Positions 38,521-50,574 of a stretch of DNA of 64,000 nucleotides are shown here, in pieces; within the stretch, counting starts at the first letter, position 1; each line of letters begins with the position of its first letter. The notes beneath the pieces were generated by a model, which was not told where the DNA came from, did no database searches, and was given only the letters and a program-made list of their open reading frames with translations. This stretch comes from Utricularia gibba. Taxonomy: Eukaryota; Plantae; Magnoliophyta. The position numbers were made by a program, and so were the translations under genes. The DNA lies in contig CM007989.1 of NCBI GenBank assembly GCA_002189035.1, forward strand, positions 1,302,001 to 1,366,000. The letters run 5' to 3'.

Positions 38521-39785
38521 GCATTTGGATCGACAATCATAAAAGGAAAGGAACATGGCGACTGCCTCGGGGTCCACATGCAGCCGCCCAATGCCCTCTC
38601 AATCTCCGATCCTTCCGAGACAAAACAAGCAACCACATCCTATTCGAATTGATTGCACCGGCGCAAGGATGATTCAACGCTCCAGTTTTTTTCAATGGAG
38701 GAGTGCGGCACGCATCTAACGTTTCGATGGCGACGCCTAGTTTTACGCAGGGCACTGGGTTACTGAAATATCTCATTTCATCGGTTTCTTGTACTAATAT
38801 GGCGGGTTGGCCGGCCGGAAATCGAAACTTGACGTTCACTCTTGTTTGCTATGTTTCTTTTTAGGCGCATAGAAGCCTAGAAACAATTGAAGTAAATGGC
38901 ATACTGAAGAGAACAGAACCTACAAAGTGCTGCAAGAAAAAGGGCTACAAGACAGTGATGAATAGTGGAGAAAGGGGATGGATCTAAAAGGGTATGGCTA
39001 GGAATCATCGATGATGCCGGATCCATCCCTCCACTTTAACCCCCGATGATTCAACCAGCCATTTGAGTATTCTTTAGTTCTACTCAAGTTACTCATAGTT
39101 TTCTGATGGCCAAGGCCTAAGGATCATTGCTCGGGGTGAGAATATTCCATCTATCCTTGTGTCATGGTTAGGTGAGATGTTGGAATCAGTTACAGAGAAT
39201 AAACATAGAGTGCCATCTACATCAACACAAGCAAGAGAGTCCATGACGATGATACTCTTTCTAAATGAATGCATGAATTACCTTAATCTTTCCCCAAGTA
39301 TTTCGAGCAGGAGCAGAACTAAACTAAAGATGCCTTTTTACCAATTGTTGGGATCTGAAAGAGCTTCGAGATTACATGTTGTGGGCCTATGGCTTCGAAT
39401 GTTTTTTCTTAATAAACATGCATATCCCATGCTTTGTTTGGACTATTGAGTTGATGTTTCTTTGTAGTTAGGGATGGGAAATAGAGGGGTGAGGAATTAT
39501 TCATTTCACAACTTCATACATGTGAAGGATGACTCAGTAGGGGGCCATGGTCCATCTCAAGCCAGCTCAGAAACAATCAAAGCATATCTCAAGTGTTCTT
39601 TTGTCAGCTTTTGGGCGTCTTTACCAAAGTGCCAATCACAAGCACTTACTTGCCGCTTCTGCTACACTAAGCCTCTCTATTTATACAGAGATTATAACTA
39701 CTCAGAATCTGTACGCTAGGCCTTCAAGGTTTCATGTGTTCACTAAGATCATAAGCCTGCTCCAACTGGTGATCAGCATCTAGAG

Positions 39786-42700
39786 ATGTCTAATCAAGAA
39801 GCACAGATTCCACAGCCAGCACCTGAACCTGTGAGTATATGCACTCTGGTCCTCTTCTCCATGGATCTTTAGTCTGTTATAGCTCCCTGCTTTCATGGAG
39901 AATCAGGATCAGCTATTCAGTAATCTGGTTTTGATTCATCTGATGCTGAGATTTGATTTGGTATGAACTAGCACTAGTATCAGGCTTTTAAAGTCGGAAG
40001 GGTTCTCATTTACAGGTTATCAAAGCTTATGACGATGAAAAGCTGAAGCCGGAAACAGAAAGCAAGGCTCACTTACTTGAGGGGGAGATTTTTTCAACGC
40101 CACCCTCAGCTGCTGGTCTGATTTCTGAAGTCTTGAAGATTCCAGCAGCAATCAGTCAGGTTTCTGTGAATCCAAAGCAAGATCAGATAGTGATAGATTA
40201 TCAGAATGAAACAAAAACTAAGTTGGAGGAGGAGGTCGAGGTTGAAAGAAGTCTTGGGGCATCAGCAGAGAAAGCAAGCCACGAAGATATTGTGGACATT
40301 GGAAGTGTAACCAGCGAAGTTGGCATCCATGACCTTACGGCAAAGAATGATTCTGAAACGGAAGCAGATAGTCTTGGGGCATCAGCAGAGAAAGCAAGCC
40401 ACGAAGATATTGTGGACATTGGAAGTGTAACCAGCGAAGTTGGCATCCACGACCTTACGGCAAAGAGTGATTCTGAAACGGAAGCAGATAGTCTTGGGGC
40501 ATCAGCAGAGAAAGCAAGCCACGAAGATATTGTGGACATTGGAAGTGTAACCAGCGAAGTTGGCATCCATGACCTTACGGCAAAGAATGATTCTGAAACG
40601 GAAGCAGATAGTCTTGGGGCATCAGCAGAGAAAGCAAGCCACGAAGATATTGTGGACATTGGAAGTGTAACCAGCGAAGTTGGCATCCATGACCTCACGG
40701 CAAAGAATGATTCTGAAACGGGAACAGAAAATAGCGAAGATCAGAGTCGAGTCATTGTAGAGAAGGAAACAATCCAGTTATCTGAGCTGGAAAACGCGAA
40801 AGAAAAAGCTGTACACTTACCAAACCAGAAGGTGAGTATTTTCTATGTTACTGTCGATGAGAATTTGCAGAGTACATATTGAGATCACAGGCTCAGAAAA
40901 TCATGTGTTCTTTCATGAACTACTATTTTTTACACAATGAAAGGCTTCATCTTCAAGCTGACAATGCTTTCAGGGCAAAGATAAAGAAGACGAGAATGCT
41001 GTGAATAGGACAATAGATGACCATCTAGTTAGTAATGAAGAAAGCATAATAACGAAGAGTGAACCTGAGAATGAGGTGAAGGAACAAGAAGAGACAAGCA
41101 TCCAAGATGCAGGTGATGAAGGCACGCATGAGTCTACGCATCAGGAGACCAAAGCAGGAACCGAAGTTCAAAGTCTTCCTGAAGCAGAAGAAATAAAGTT
41201 AAGGGATAAAGTGGCAGAAGAAACTGAAAATGCTTCCGCAGAGTCCACTGAAGCTATACATGACAAAGAAGTAGTGGAAGTTGTGCAACCAACCGAGGTC
41301 AAATATCACTTGGGGACTTCAGTCATTTGCATTTCAGTAGGAAAAAATGATGGGTTATACTTGTTAATTCACAGGAAAAACTACCGATAAAACAAGAAGA
41401 TCAAGACATTGAAGATAAAGATCGACATTCTCCAGTAGAAGAGGTGATCTCGGAGGACTACATTGAAGGCCACATACACAAAGAACAACACACAAGCAGA
41501 TATGAAGCTGCAAGAGAAGAAGAAACAGTTATTGATCAAATTGATGACGACTTAACAAGAGAAGAAGCAAAAATAGGAAACCCAGTTGAAGAAAAAAAGG
41601 TTGCAAAGTTACTTCTACACAATAACAATAATATAAAATTGCGATTTTATTATGAATTTCATTCATCACAAGTTGCTCAAAATCCAGCTTGTGGAGCAAA
41701 ACGAAGATGCGGAAGCTCAAACTGGTTCTCCAGCACATCAGCCCATTGAAGAGACTCCTGACAAGAAGGTCTTGAGTGAAGTGGTAGAAGAAAATGTGGA
41801 AACAAAGCAAGTAAGTGAAACAGGGTGACGAGCAATGGTTTAATTGTCATTTAAGAAATTTAATCATTCCAACATTATGTTTTGATATGATGTGAAAGGG
41901 AAATGATATGTAATTTAATACAGATTGAGGAGGATGACGAAGAATCAAAAGGTTACTCCGAAGTTATTGCTGCCGTAGCTAGCCATACAAATAGTGAACT
42001 GCAGAAAGAAGACACAGAGCAAGGGCATGGGGAGGATGAAAGTACATTTGAGTCCAAAAAAGAAGATTATGAGGTCGTTGACCAAGCTCAAATTTCCTCT
42101 GAGGTAGAAGAGACCAAACCAGAGCAGAAGGTTCAGGAAGCGGCAGAAGTGGAAACTGAAAAAAACATCGTGGACATTGTGACTCACCCTGAAAATGCAA
42201 ATGTCACAGAACCAGAGGAGTTTAAAGTGCTAAATGAGAAGGTATGTGATGCACTTAACTGAATGTAATTGATGCCGTAATATAACTGAAAGGAGGTGTT
42301 GTGGGACTGCAGCTCAAGGAGAAAGAAGATGTGCAAATTCAAGATGCAGATTCTTGTGTGGATGACGAAACTACAGAAAGCAGTGTAAAAGATGACCCAA
42401 AGCAGGAGCAGGGTGTAAGCACTGAAGAAAAATTTGAAGTAAAAAAGGATGACGTGACTGAAAAGGTGAGCAGCAAAATCATTTTATCTTCATGAGCATT
42501 TAACCTTCACAGTAAGAAGCAATTATCATGCATTTGCAGTTCAAGAAAGAAGATGATGGCAAATTTGACGATTACAGGAAGCAAGAACAAGAAAAGTGTG
42601 AAGAATTTGTTGATGATTCACAAGTAGCAGAACAGGTTGAAAAGGTCGGGTTAAAATGCAAAGACACTCTAATACCATTTCATTTTGATACTGTCATTCA

Positions 42701-45700
42701 CTTTAATCCTCATAAAAAGTAGGTTGCTGATCATGAGGATGAAGAAGTAAAGCAACTGGATTCTTCTAAGGAACCATCGATAAATGACAGGAACACAGTG
42801 TCAGATGCAGAAAACACTGAGATCATTGACAAACATGTAGAGCAGATACCTGAAGATATTCACGAACTTCATAAATTAGCCATTTCACACGCGGATGAAG
42901 AACCAGTGGTGAGTGGGAAATTTATTGAGAGTGTTGAAATTTCTATGTGGATGTTTTACATCTTCTGATTAATTTGCTCTTGATATATGGAAAAATAGCA
43001 TGTCTACGTACCAACGAAAATCATCACCATTACTGCTTCGGTCCATTTTTAATCATAACGTGGAGATATCATTCATCAACTACCAGATTGAGAAGGCAGC
43101 TGTAAGCAAAATCATCGAGAGTCAACCAGAGGAAGAGAAGAGCTTAGGAGAACAGACAAGCCATCAAGCGGAAGGAGAAATTGAAAGTACTAATTTTTCC
43201 AGTGTCCAAGCCCATGAAGAAGCAGAGGAGACTCAAGAAGAAGTCGGAGGAATAGAAGCTGAAACAGAAACTGACTCACTCAATGAGAAGGTATGTGATG
43301 CACTTGGAAATTGACTCTGCTTCTTTTTTTAAGGGAGATGCGACTAAACGAAGGGGTGGTGAGACTGCAGATCAAGGAGAAAGAAGAGGCACAAAATAAA
43401 GATGTAAGTTCTGTTGTAGAGCAGGCGACTGCGGAAAGGCCAAATCCAGACCAAGACACAACCATTGAAGAAAGATCTGTAGTGAAAAAGGAGGACGAGA
43501 ATCAAGAAGTCGGAGGAATAGAAACTGAAGAAGAAACTGAGGCACTGAATGAGAAGGTATGTGATGCACTAGGACATTGTCTCTGCTTCTTTTCTTGAAG
43601 GCAATGGAACCAAACGTTGGTGTGGTGAGACTGCAGCTCAATAAATTTGTGGAACAGGCAACTGCAGAAACTTGTGCAAACCCAAACCCGGACCAAGGGA
43701 CAACCATTGAAGAAAAATCTGAAATACATAAGGAGGACGAGACAGAAAAGGTGAGTGGTAAAACTTCTTTACCTTCGTGATCATCTAAAGTTCATTATAA
43801 TCAATTGTTATCATGCAATTGCAGCTTGAGAAAGAAAATGATGACATAAAGCAAGACGAAAAAAAACCTGAAGAAATAGTTGATCCTGAAGTAGCAGAAG
43901 AAGTTGAAAAGGTCAGGTCACCATGCAAAGACTGTCTAAAACCATTTAACTTTGATAGTATCACATTCGTTTTAAACTTCCTAAAAATTAGGTTCCTGAT
44001 CATGAGGATGATGGGGAAACACCATTTGATTCATCTAAGGAACAATCAAGCAATGAAAGGAACGTAGCACCAGAAGGAGAAGACACTGAGATCATTGACA
44101 AACATGAAATAGAGCAGATACCTGAAGATCTTCATGAGCTTCATGAATCAGTCATTTCACATGCGAATGCAGGACTTGAGGTGAGTGAAAAGTTACTGGG
44201 GAACTTAACAGCCATGTTTTTTTTCTTTGAGCGCTTCTTCCTTTTAGTTATGACATATAATATTCATCAACTACCAGATTGAGAGTGAAGCTGTAAATGA
44301 CATAATTGAGAGTCGACAAGAGGAAGAGGAGACAACTGGAGAAGAGACAATCCCGAAAAGAGAAGTAGAAGTTGAAAGTACTGAAGCGTCCATTGCACAT
44401 GTCTATGAACTTTCAAAATCCGAAGAAGTCGGAGGAGTAGAGACTGAAAAGGTTCAAGCCAAGGCTATTCCTCAAACAGATGAAGCTGTACTTGAAAAGG
44501 AGGCAGCGGATATTGGCATATCATATGAAAAGGTGAAATATCTCCTTCAGAAACGTTGCTGTCTATGCATACATTGAAAGATAGCAAGCCAATGCATGTT
44601 TCAGGTCAAGAAAGGAGAAGAAGTTTTAGAATATGAAGATCTGCATTCTTCAAAGGAAGAGGGCAGTGCAGGGAGCTTTCAAAAGGATGGCATAAAGCAA
44701 GAACAAGATACAAGTACAGAAGATAAGTACGAAACAACCAAGATAGTCGAACATCCAAGTTCCCTGGAAAGTGAACTAGTCGAAGGAAACACTCCTGCAG
44801 AAGAGAAAGAAAAGATCACAGAGGAAGCTGCTACCACACCATACAGTGAACAGCTTCATGGTTTTGATCATGCCTCTGTGCAAACAGAGAGTGAGGATAC
44901 ATTGGAAAAGGTATAATGCTAAAAGCTATCATTTTAGTGCTCTATATCATCTAATGCATTCATCTTAAGCTTAGCTCTTACTTTTTAATGTTCTATTTAA
45001 ATGGTGCTGAAAGTCATGCATTAACTTAATAGATTGAGACTGAAGAGGAAACAGGCAATAAAGCAGTTGAAGAATTTGAAAAAACACATGAGCCTGTGAT
45101 ACAGCAGTATGAATCTACTACCCACACTCAAAACCTTGAAAACGTGGAAGAAACAAAAGCAGAGGAGAACCCTGAAGCTGAGGCAGAAGCAAAAGCGGAG
45201 CAACTTGTGGAAGAATATAAATCTCCATCAGATGAAACTGCCCATGGAAAAGAAGCACTGGAGGTTGAGATACCGAGAAAAAAGGTGCAATACATTAACT
45301 AGAAGTCTGATTTTTCTGTACGTGAAGAAAATAAAGAGAATACCTTGAACGATAACATTTCAGATTTTGGAACAGGATGACGAGGTCACACATGAAGATG
45401 TACATTCACATGTGGACGAGGTAGTGAAAAAAAGGTCCATAGAGGATGCTGTAAAGCAAGAGGAAGAAACAGTCATTGGAAGAAAATTTGAAACAACAAA
45501 GACTGATGAGACAGAAAATGTAAGGGGAGAGAGAAGCACAAATATTTTCCTTTACAAGCATTTACAATTCAAAAACAGATTATGGTCATCATTTTCCTTA
45601 CATCAATGCAGATCAACAAAGAAGATGAATCTGTGTCTGAGGATGGGACTGAAAAGGTTCGGCAAAAATAGAGTGAAAAAGTTGAAATATAGGCCCTTCT

Positions 45701-48700
45701 GGATGTCCCTCCCTTTTTTTCAGGAAACGAAAACCATGACAGTTTCTTCACATAACAAGTCATCTAAGTTTTCAATTGTTTTTAGGCCCCTGCAAGTATA
45801 GTAGAAGTTGATGAAAGCACCATCAAAGAGAATTATGCAGAGGAGAGTGAAGACTCGGGACTCATCGAGAGTGAGAAAGTTGCTTCTGCATTGGGCTCTA
45901 AAGAGATCCTTGCTTTATCTCAAGAACCTACCCAGTTGGAGCATGAGGACTCATCTGAAAAGGTAATTCTTTAGCACACAAAAAATTGCTTGAATGAGTG
46001 AATTTGCCTTCCTCATATTGCTGAAATGGTAGCATGAGCAGACAGGGGAAAAAGTTGAAGATGAAAAATCTTATCACATCAGTGGTTTGGAGGAAGCTGT
46101 AACACCAGAGACTAGTCAACACGAGAATTTGATAGAGGAGGAAAACAAATCTGAAGAGAATTACAAAGTCACAGAAGAAGCAATTGAAATAGAAAAGGTT
46201 GCAAAGCAATGTGTTACTTTTTTTTTTTTTCCTAGTTTCTTCTCCCATTCAATCTATCACAAAGTTATGATATGCAGAACCCCAGAGACCTCACAGTGGC
46301 TGATGACAATCTAGCAGAGCCTATCAATGAGAGCAGCCACCAGAATGAGCATGAAAAAAGTGAAATAGTTGCAGCTGCAGAGTCTCAGGTGTTAGAGCAT
46401 GAACATTTGAAAACAGAAGGTGTTGATTTAAGAGAAGAGGTAGAAATTATGAAATCTACATTTTAAAATTCAACTTTTTGCTTCTTGCATACATCATGAT
46501 CGCCTCGAGTCATGATCCTGAAGATGTTTTCGCGTGAATCAGGTGGAGAACAAAGATGAAGATGAGAAAAATGCCAATAAAATCAGTGACGATACTGAGC
46601 TCAAATCTACTGAAGATGCAAGTGAAACGGAAAAGGCAGATAGAAAAAAAATTATTTCACATTATTTCTTTTAAATATCTCCCTGTCACAGTACTAAAAG
46701 CCAACCATTGTGCAGGTTGCGGAAAAAATTGAGGAGGCTTTGGAAACACTTACACCTGCAATAGCGAGTGAAGAAGCACGTGCCTCAGATGAAGCTACAT
46801 ACATAGGAAATGAGGATTCACTACAAAAGGTGGATAATTAATACTTAATCGTGAAAGTTTCAATTTACAGAGGTTACCGATTATGCTCATTTTGGCAAAG
46901 TGAAAATCCAAATCATACCAAATGTTTTCATTATTCTGCCGTCTCATTAACTGTGAAATAGATTGAGAAGGAAAATGAAGAAGAAAAAAATGGTGGGGAA
47001 ACAGTCACAGCTAGCAATCCAGTGGATACGATCAACAAAGACCAAGATGCAACTGCCGAAGAAAAACTCGAAGCTATTGTAGAAACGAGTGAGGTGGAAA
47101 AGGTAACGCGAAGATTCATTCACACTTTCTTTAAAATATCACTACTCCCTTTAACAATGCAGACAACGAATGGATATGCAGGTTTTAGAAAGTCCTGATA
47201 GTGCTCATGAACAGCTCACTGAACAGCCAAGAGAAATATTAGGGACGATTGAACAGAATGATGGAACAAAACATGAGGAAGCAACGAGAACTGAAACAGT
47301 TACAACTGAATTCGAAGAAGCTTATCTTCCAGATAATGCAGTTATTGACAGAGAAAAGGATCCAGTACAGAAGGTGAAAATTTAAAATCTTATCAAAATA
47401 CTCACTTCTACCTTGAAAATTACAGAAATGATTGTTCACGTATCCCATTTTTATCTTCATTCACTCTTGTGATGCATCACCGACCATGCAACAGAATGAC
47501 AAAGAAGGTGAAACAGAAAAAGAGAGTGAGGAAGTCTTGGTCAAAGAGGAAAATCCAGCAGAAAAATTAAGTGAGGAGCAAGACGAAGCTGCTGAAGAAA
47601 AGCATGAAGCCATTATTGAGGCAAGTGAAATTGAGAAGGTACCCAGAAAAAAATAATCCATATTATTTCCTACAATTATTACTCACGTCATATACTGAAA
47701 TAAATTCATATTGTAGGTTTTACAGAAGGTAGAAACGGTTGACCAAAAGGTCACTGAACAGTTGAAGGAAGAATTGGAAGAAACGAAGCCAATTGATGAA
47801 AACATATTCCAAAAGAAAGAAGAAGAGAAAGTTGAAACCGTTACACCTGTGTTTGACGGTGAAGAAGCTCAAGGTTCAGATCACACAGTTACGAATACTG
47901 AAATTGAGGACTCAAGAGAAAGGGTACATTCATGAATTACTTTTTTACATCAAATGCTCTTATAGCTTAATTCATGAATCAGGGAAAGAAACAGCATGTC
48001 GGTAAAATATAAACATGCCAAATGCTTAAGCAAATCAAGCAATTTAGTATCAGTTTTTTCAACTTACTAATGAATGAATATGCAGTTGTCCAAGGGTCTC
48101 GAATGGGCAGATCAGGCAACTACCATCCAACAGCCAACAGAACATTCGAGGGAAACAGAACCAATTGATAAAAGCATCGATCAAGTTTTTGAGCACAAAG
48201 ACATCCAACAGCTAAATGAGATACCGAGCTCGACAGAACTCACTGATGAAAGCATTGGACAGAAGGAGAAGGAAGAAAGCATTGAGAAAGCGGAACATGA
48301 ACTAGAAAACGTAGAGGCTCCTGGTTTTGATCAACCATACACAGTGGTGGAAAGTGTGGCCTCTACACAAGAGGTATGTTCATGAAATTTCCTGTTCTGA
48401 ACACACATTCACAAAAGCACAGGTCAACATTTAAAAAAATTACAGATTAAAATATGGCAATATATAGTCACTATTGCTTACTGCATGAAATGCCCTTGAA
48501 AATGAACAGATTGAGAACAAAAATGAAGATACAAAATCTAGTCATCTAGAGAGCAAGGTGAAGACAGGGCATGAGGAGATCGATTCTGAAAAGCTTTTAG
48601 ATGCTAAAGTAGACGCAAAGGAAGCTGAACTGGTTGAGCAAATATGCCCATACACTTTATTTGCTTCATGTCTCTCTTCCCTTTGACAATATTGAAGTCC

Positions 48701-50198
48701 ATCATGCAGAAGTCTGAAGATGCTGGAGGGATTGATCAGCTAGTTGCATCTGTGGTGTCTAGTGAAGGCACACAGGGCTCAGATCATTTATATACAAAGC
48801 CAGAAAGTGTTTCAGATGCAAAGGTGCCATAAATTACTTATATATAAAAAAATAATATATGCTTGGTAGTGGCTTTGACAGAAGGTACATAGAAGCAGAA
48901 AATGGAGGGCGACTGATATTTAGTTATTGCTTCTGTACTCCTCACATGACACTGAATGTCATCACCATGCAGATACAAGAAGTTGCCCAACAGAACGCTC
49001 ATGAGTTTATAGGACATCCAGGGGAAAATCCAGAACCAAATGAAACAACAGATAAAAGCATTATCCAAGAAGAAAATGAAGGCATTGCAGAGAAGATTAT
49101 AACTGTGGTAGACTATAAGGAGGCTCACGCATCAGATCAGGAATACTCAAAGCCGGAAAGTGAGGTACACAGCTTAAAGTTCGCTTTACCCGCATTTTAT
49201 CATTAAAAAGACAAATCCTACTAATGCAGTTATCATAGAATCGAAGTTTATGTTTCTGCATTCAATACAGTAATAGTGCAAGGCAACTAAAAACATACTA
49301 CCCTCAATAAAAATGGCTTCAAAAGCATAACTTTGTAGAGATGCCTGGGGTATAAGAGCACTTGTTATATGTGAATCAGCTTCTCCAAATTAGTATGATA
49401 TGCATCAATTTCTTATAACATATTTGACCTACAAAATTCTCTCGGACTGTGATTTCACCAACATGCTGCATTCTTCTCCTGTTTCCTCAGGTTAATAGCT
49501 CATCCACAGAAACTTCAGAAGATGAAGCCATTGTGGCAGGAGTTAATCCAATACAAAACGCTTCAGTTGAAGAGCTCAGCAGAGAAGCACGGGAACAGCA
49601 AGTGAGCCGTACACCTATTCAAGAGCAAGACGAGGATCACAAAGGCACTGAATTTACAGAAAAACCAGAAATCAACGATGAGCAGAAAGACGATTCGAAA
49701 GACACATCAGCAGTTTCTACTGAAAATCTGGAGTCCGGACCCCGAGAAGTAATTGCTGATCCCATCATCACAACCTTATCAAGAGACACTCAGGATAGTT
49801 TCGTCCCAAGCACATTGCAGGACGAATACGTCATCCTAGAAGCAGCGGACCATGCAAAGACGGAAGGCGCTCCTTCTGAAAAGGAAGAAGCAACACATGA
49901 GGAAACAGAGGAGACGCAAACCAAGCAATCACTGTCCCTGTCGAACCTCTTCCAAGCTTCCGTGAGGAGAACCAACCAAGAAGATCCGGTTACTGAAAAA
50001 ACTGACACAAAAGCTGAAGAAGGAGCAGAAGTAGAACAAGAGGAAGAACATGAGCACGTTGAAGATAGCGGAGATGGAGAGAGTAAAGCTCAACCCAAGA
50101 AACACCCCCACAACTTGCTCTCCGGCGTCGGATCGAAGGTTAAGCATTCGCTAGACAAGGTGAAGAAAGCCATCACCGGAAAATCCAAGCCCAAGTAA
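39786..50198 (+). CDS. RBB1: Large acidic Glu-rich, titin-like protein resembling RBB1; 33 coding exons by my splicing; about 2300 aa
   Basis: Low-complexity E/K/T/D-rich exons with GT-AG sites (one GC-AG). The C-terminus HNLLSGVGSKVKHSLDKVKKAITGKS matches my recollection of the RBB1 (At5g40450) family tail. First exon 39786-39830, last exon 49491-50198. Confidence 0.75.
40251..40721 (+). repeat. Coding tandem repeat, 120-bp unit (40 aa) x about 3.9 copies
   Basis: Unit SLGASAEKASHEDIVDIGSVTSEVGIHDLTAKNDSETEAD. Copies start at 40251, 40371, 40491 and 40611 and differ at only about 3 positions. Confidence 0.97.
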
Positions 50199-50574
50199 GT
50201 AGTCACCCGACCCGATCCGATCCGATCCTTGCTCCGCCGCCTTCAACATCACGTGTTTCTCCCCTGCAACATTTTTTTTTTAATTTTCAAGTATTTGCTT
50301 TCATTTACTCAAAAAAAATGTTTTTCGTTTTTTTTCTTTTTTCCTTGTTGTGGAGGTATATTTCTTTTCATGATTGAAAATTAGATTGAATTATAAGTAA
50401 TGAGATCAGAGTTGGGATTAAAAATACTTAAAAAGCAGTATATCGTAAAATAAATATAAATTTATTATGGTATGATATATCTTTATTATTAAATTGATTC
50501 TGCAAGAAAACCGAAGTATATATAAACCATGTTTGATGTGTCGGTCTTCGCGCTACCGCCGGCGGGAAAGATCA

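Noticed and set aside
39089-39274. Minus-strand 61-aa ORF (DGIFSPRAMILRPWP) considered as a transposon fragment
   Set aside because: No assignable domain. It probably lies in the 5' intron of the titin-like gene.
40251-40721. Regular repeats considered as a CRISPR-like array
   Set aside because: Head-to-tail identical units without unique spacers, in frame within a eukaryotic exon.
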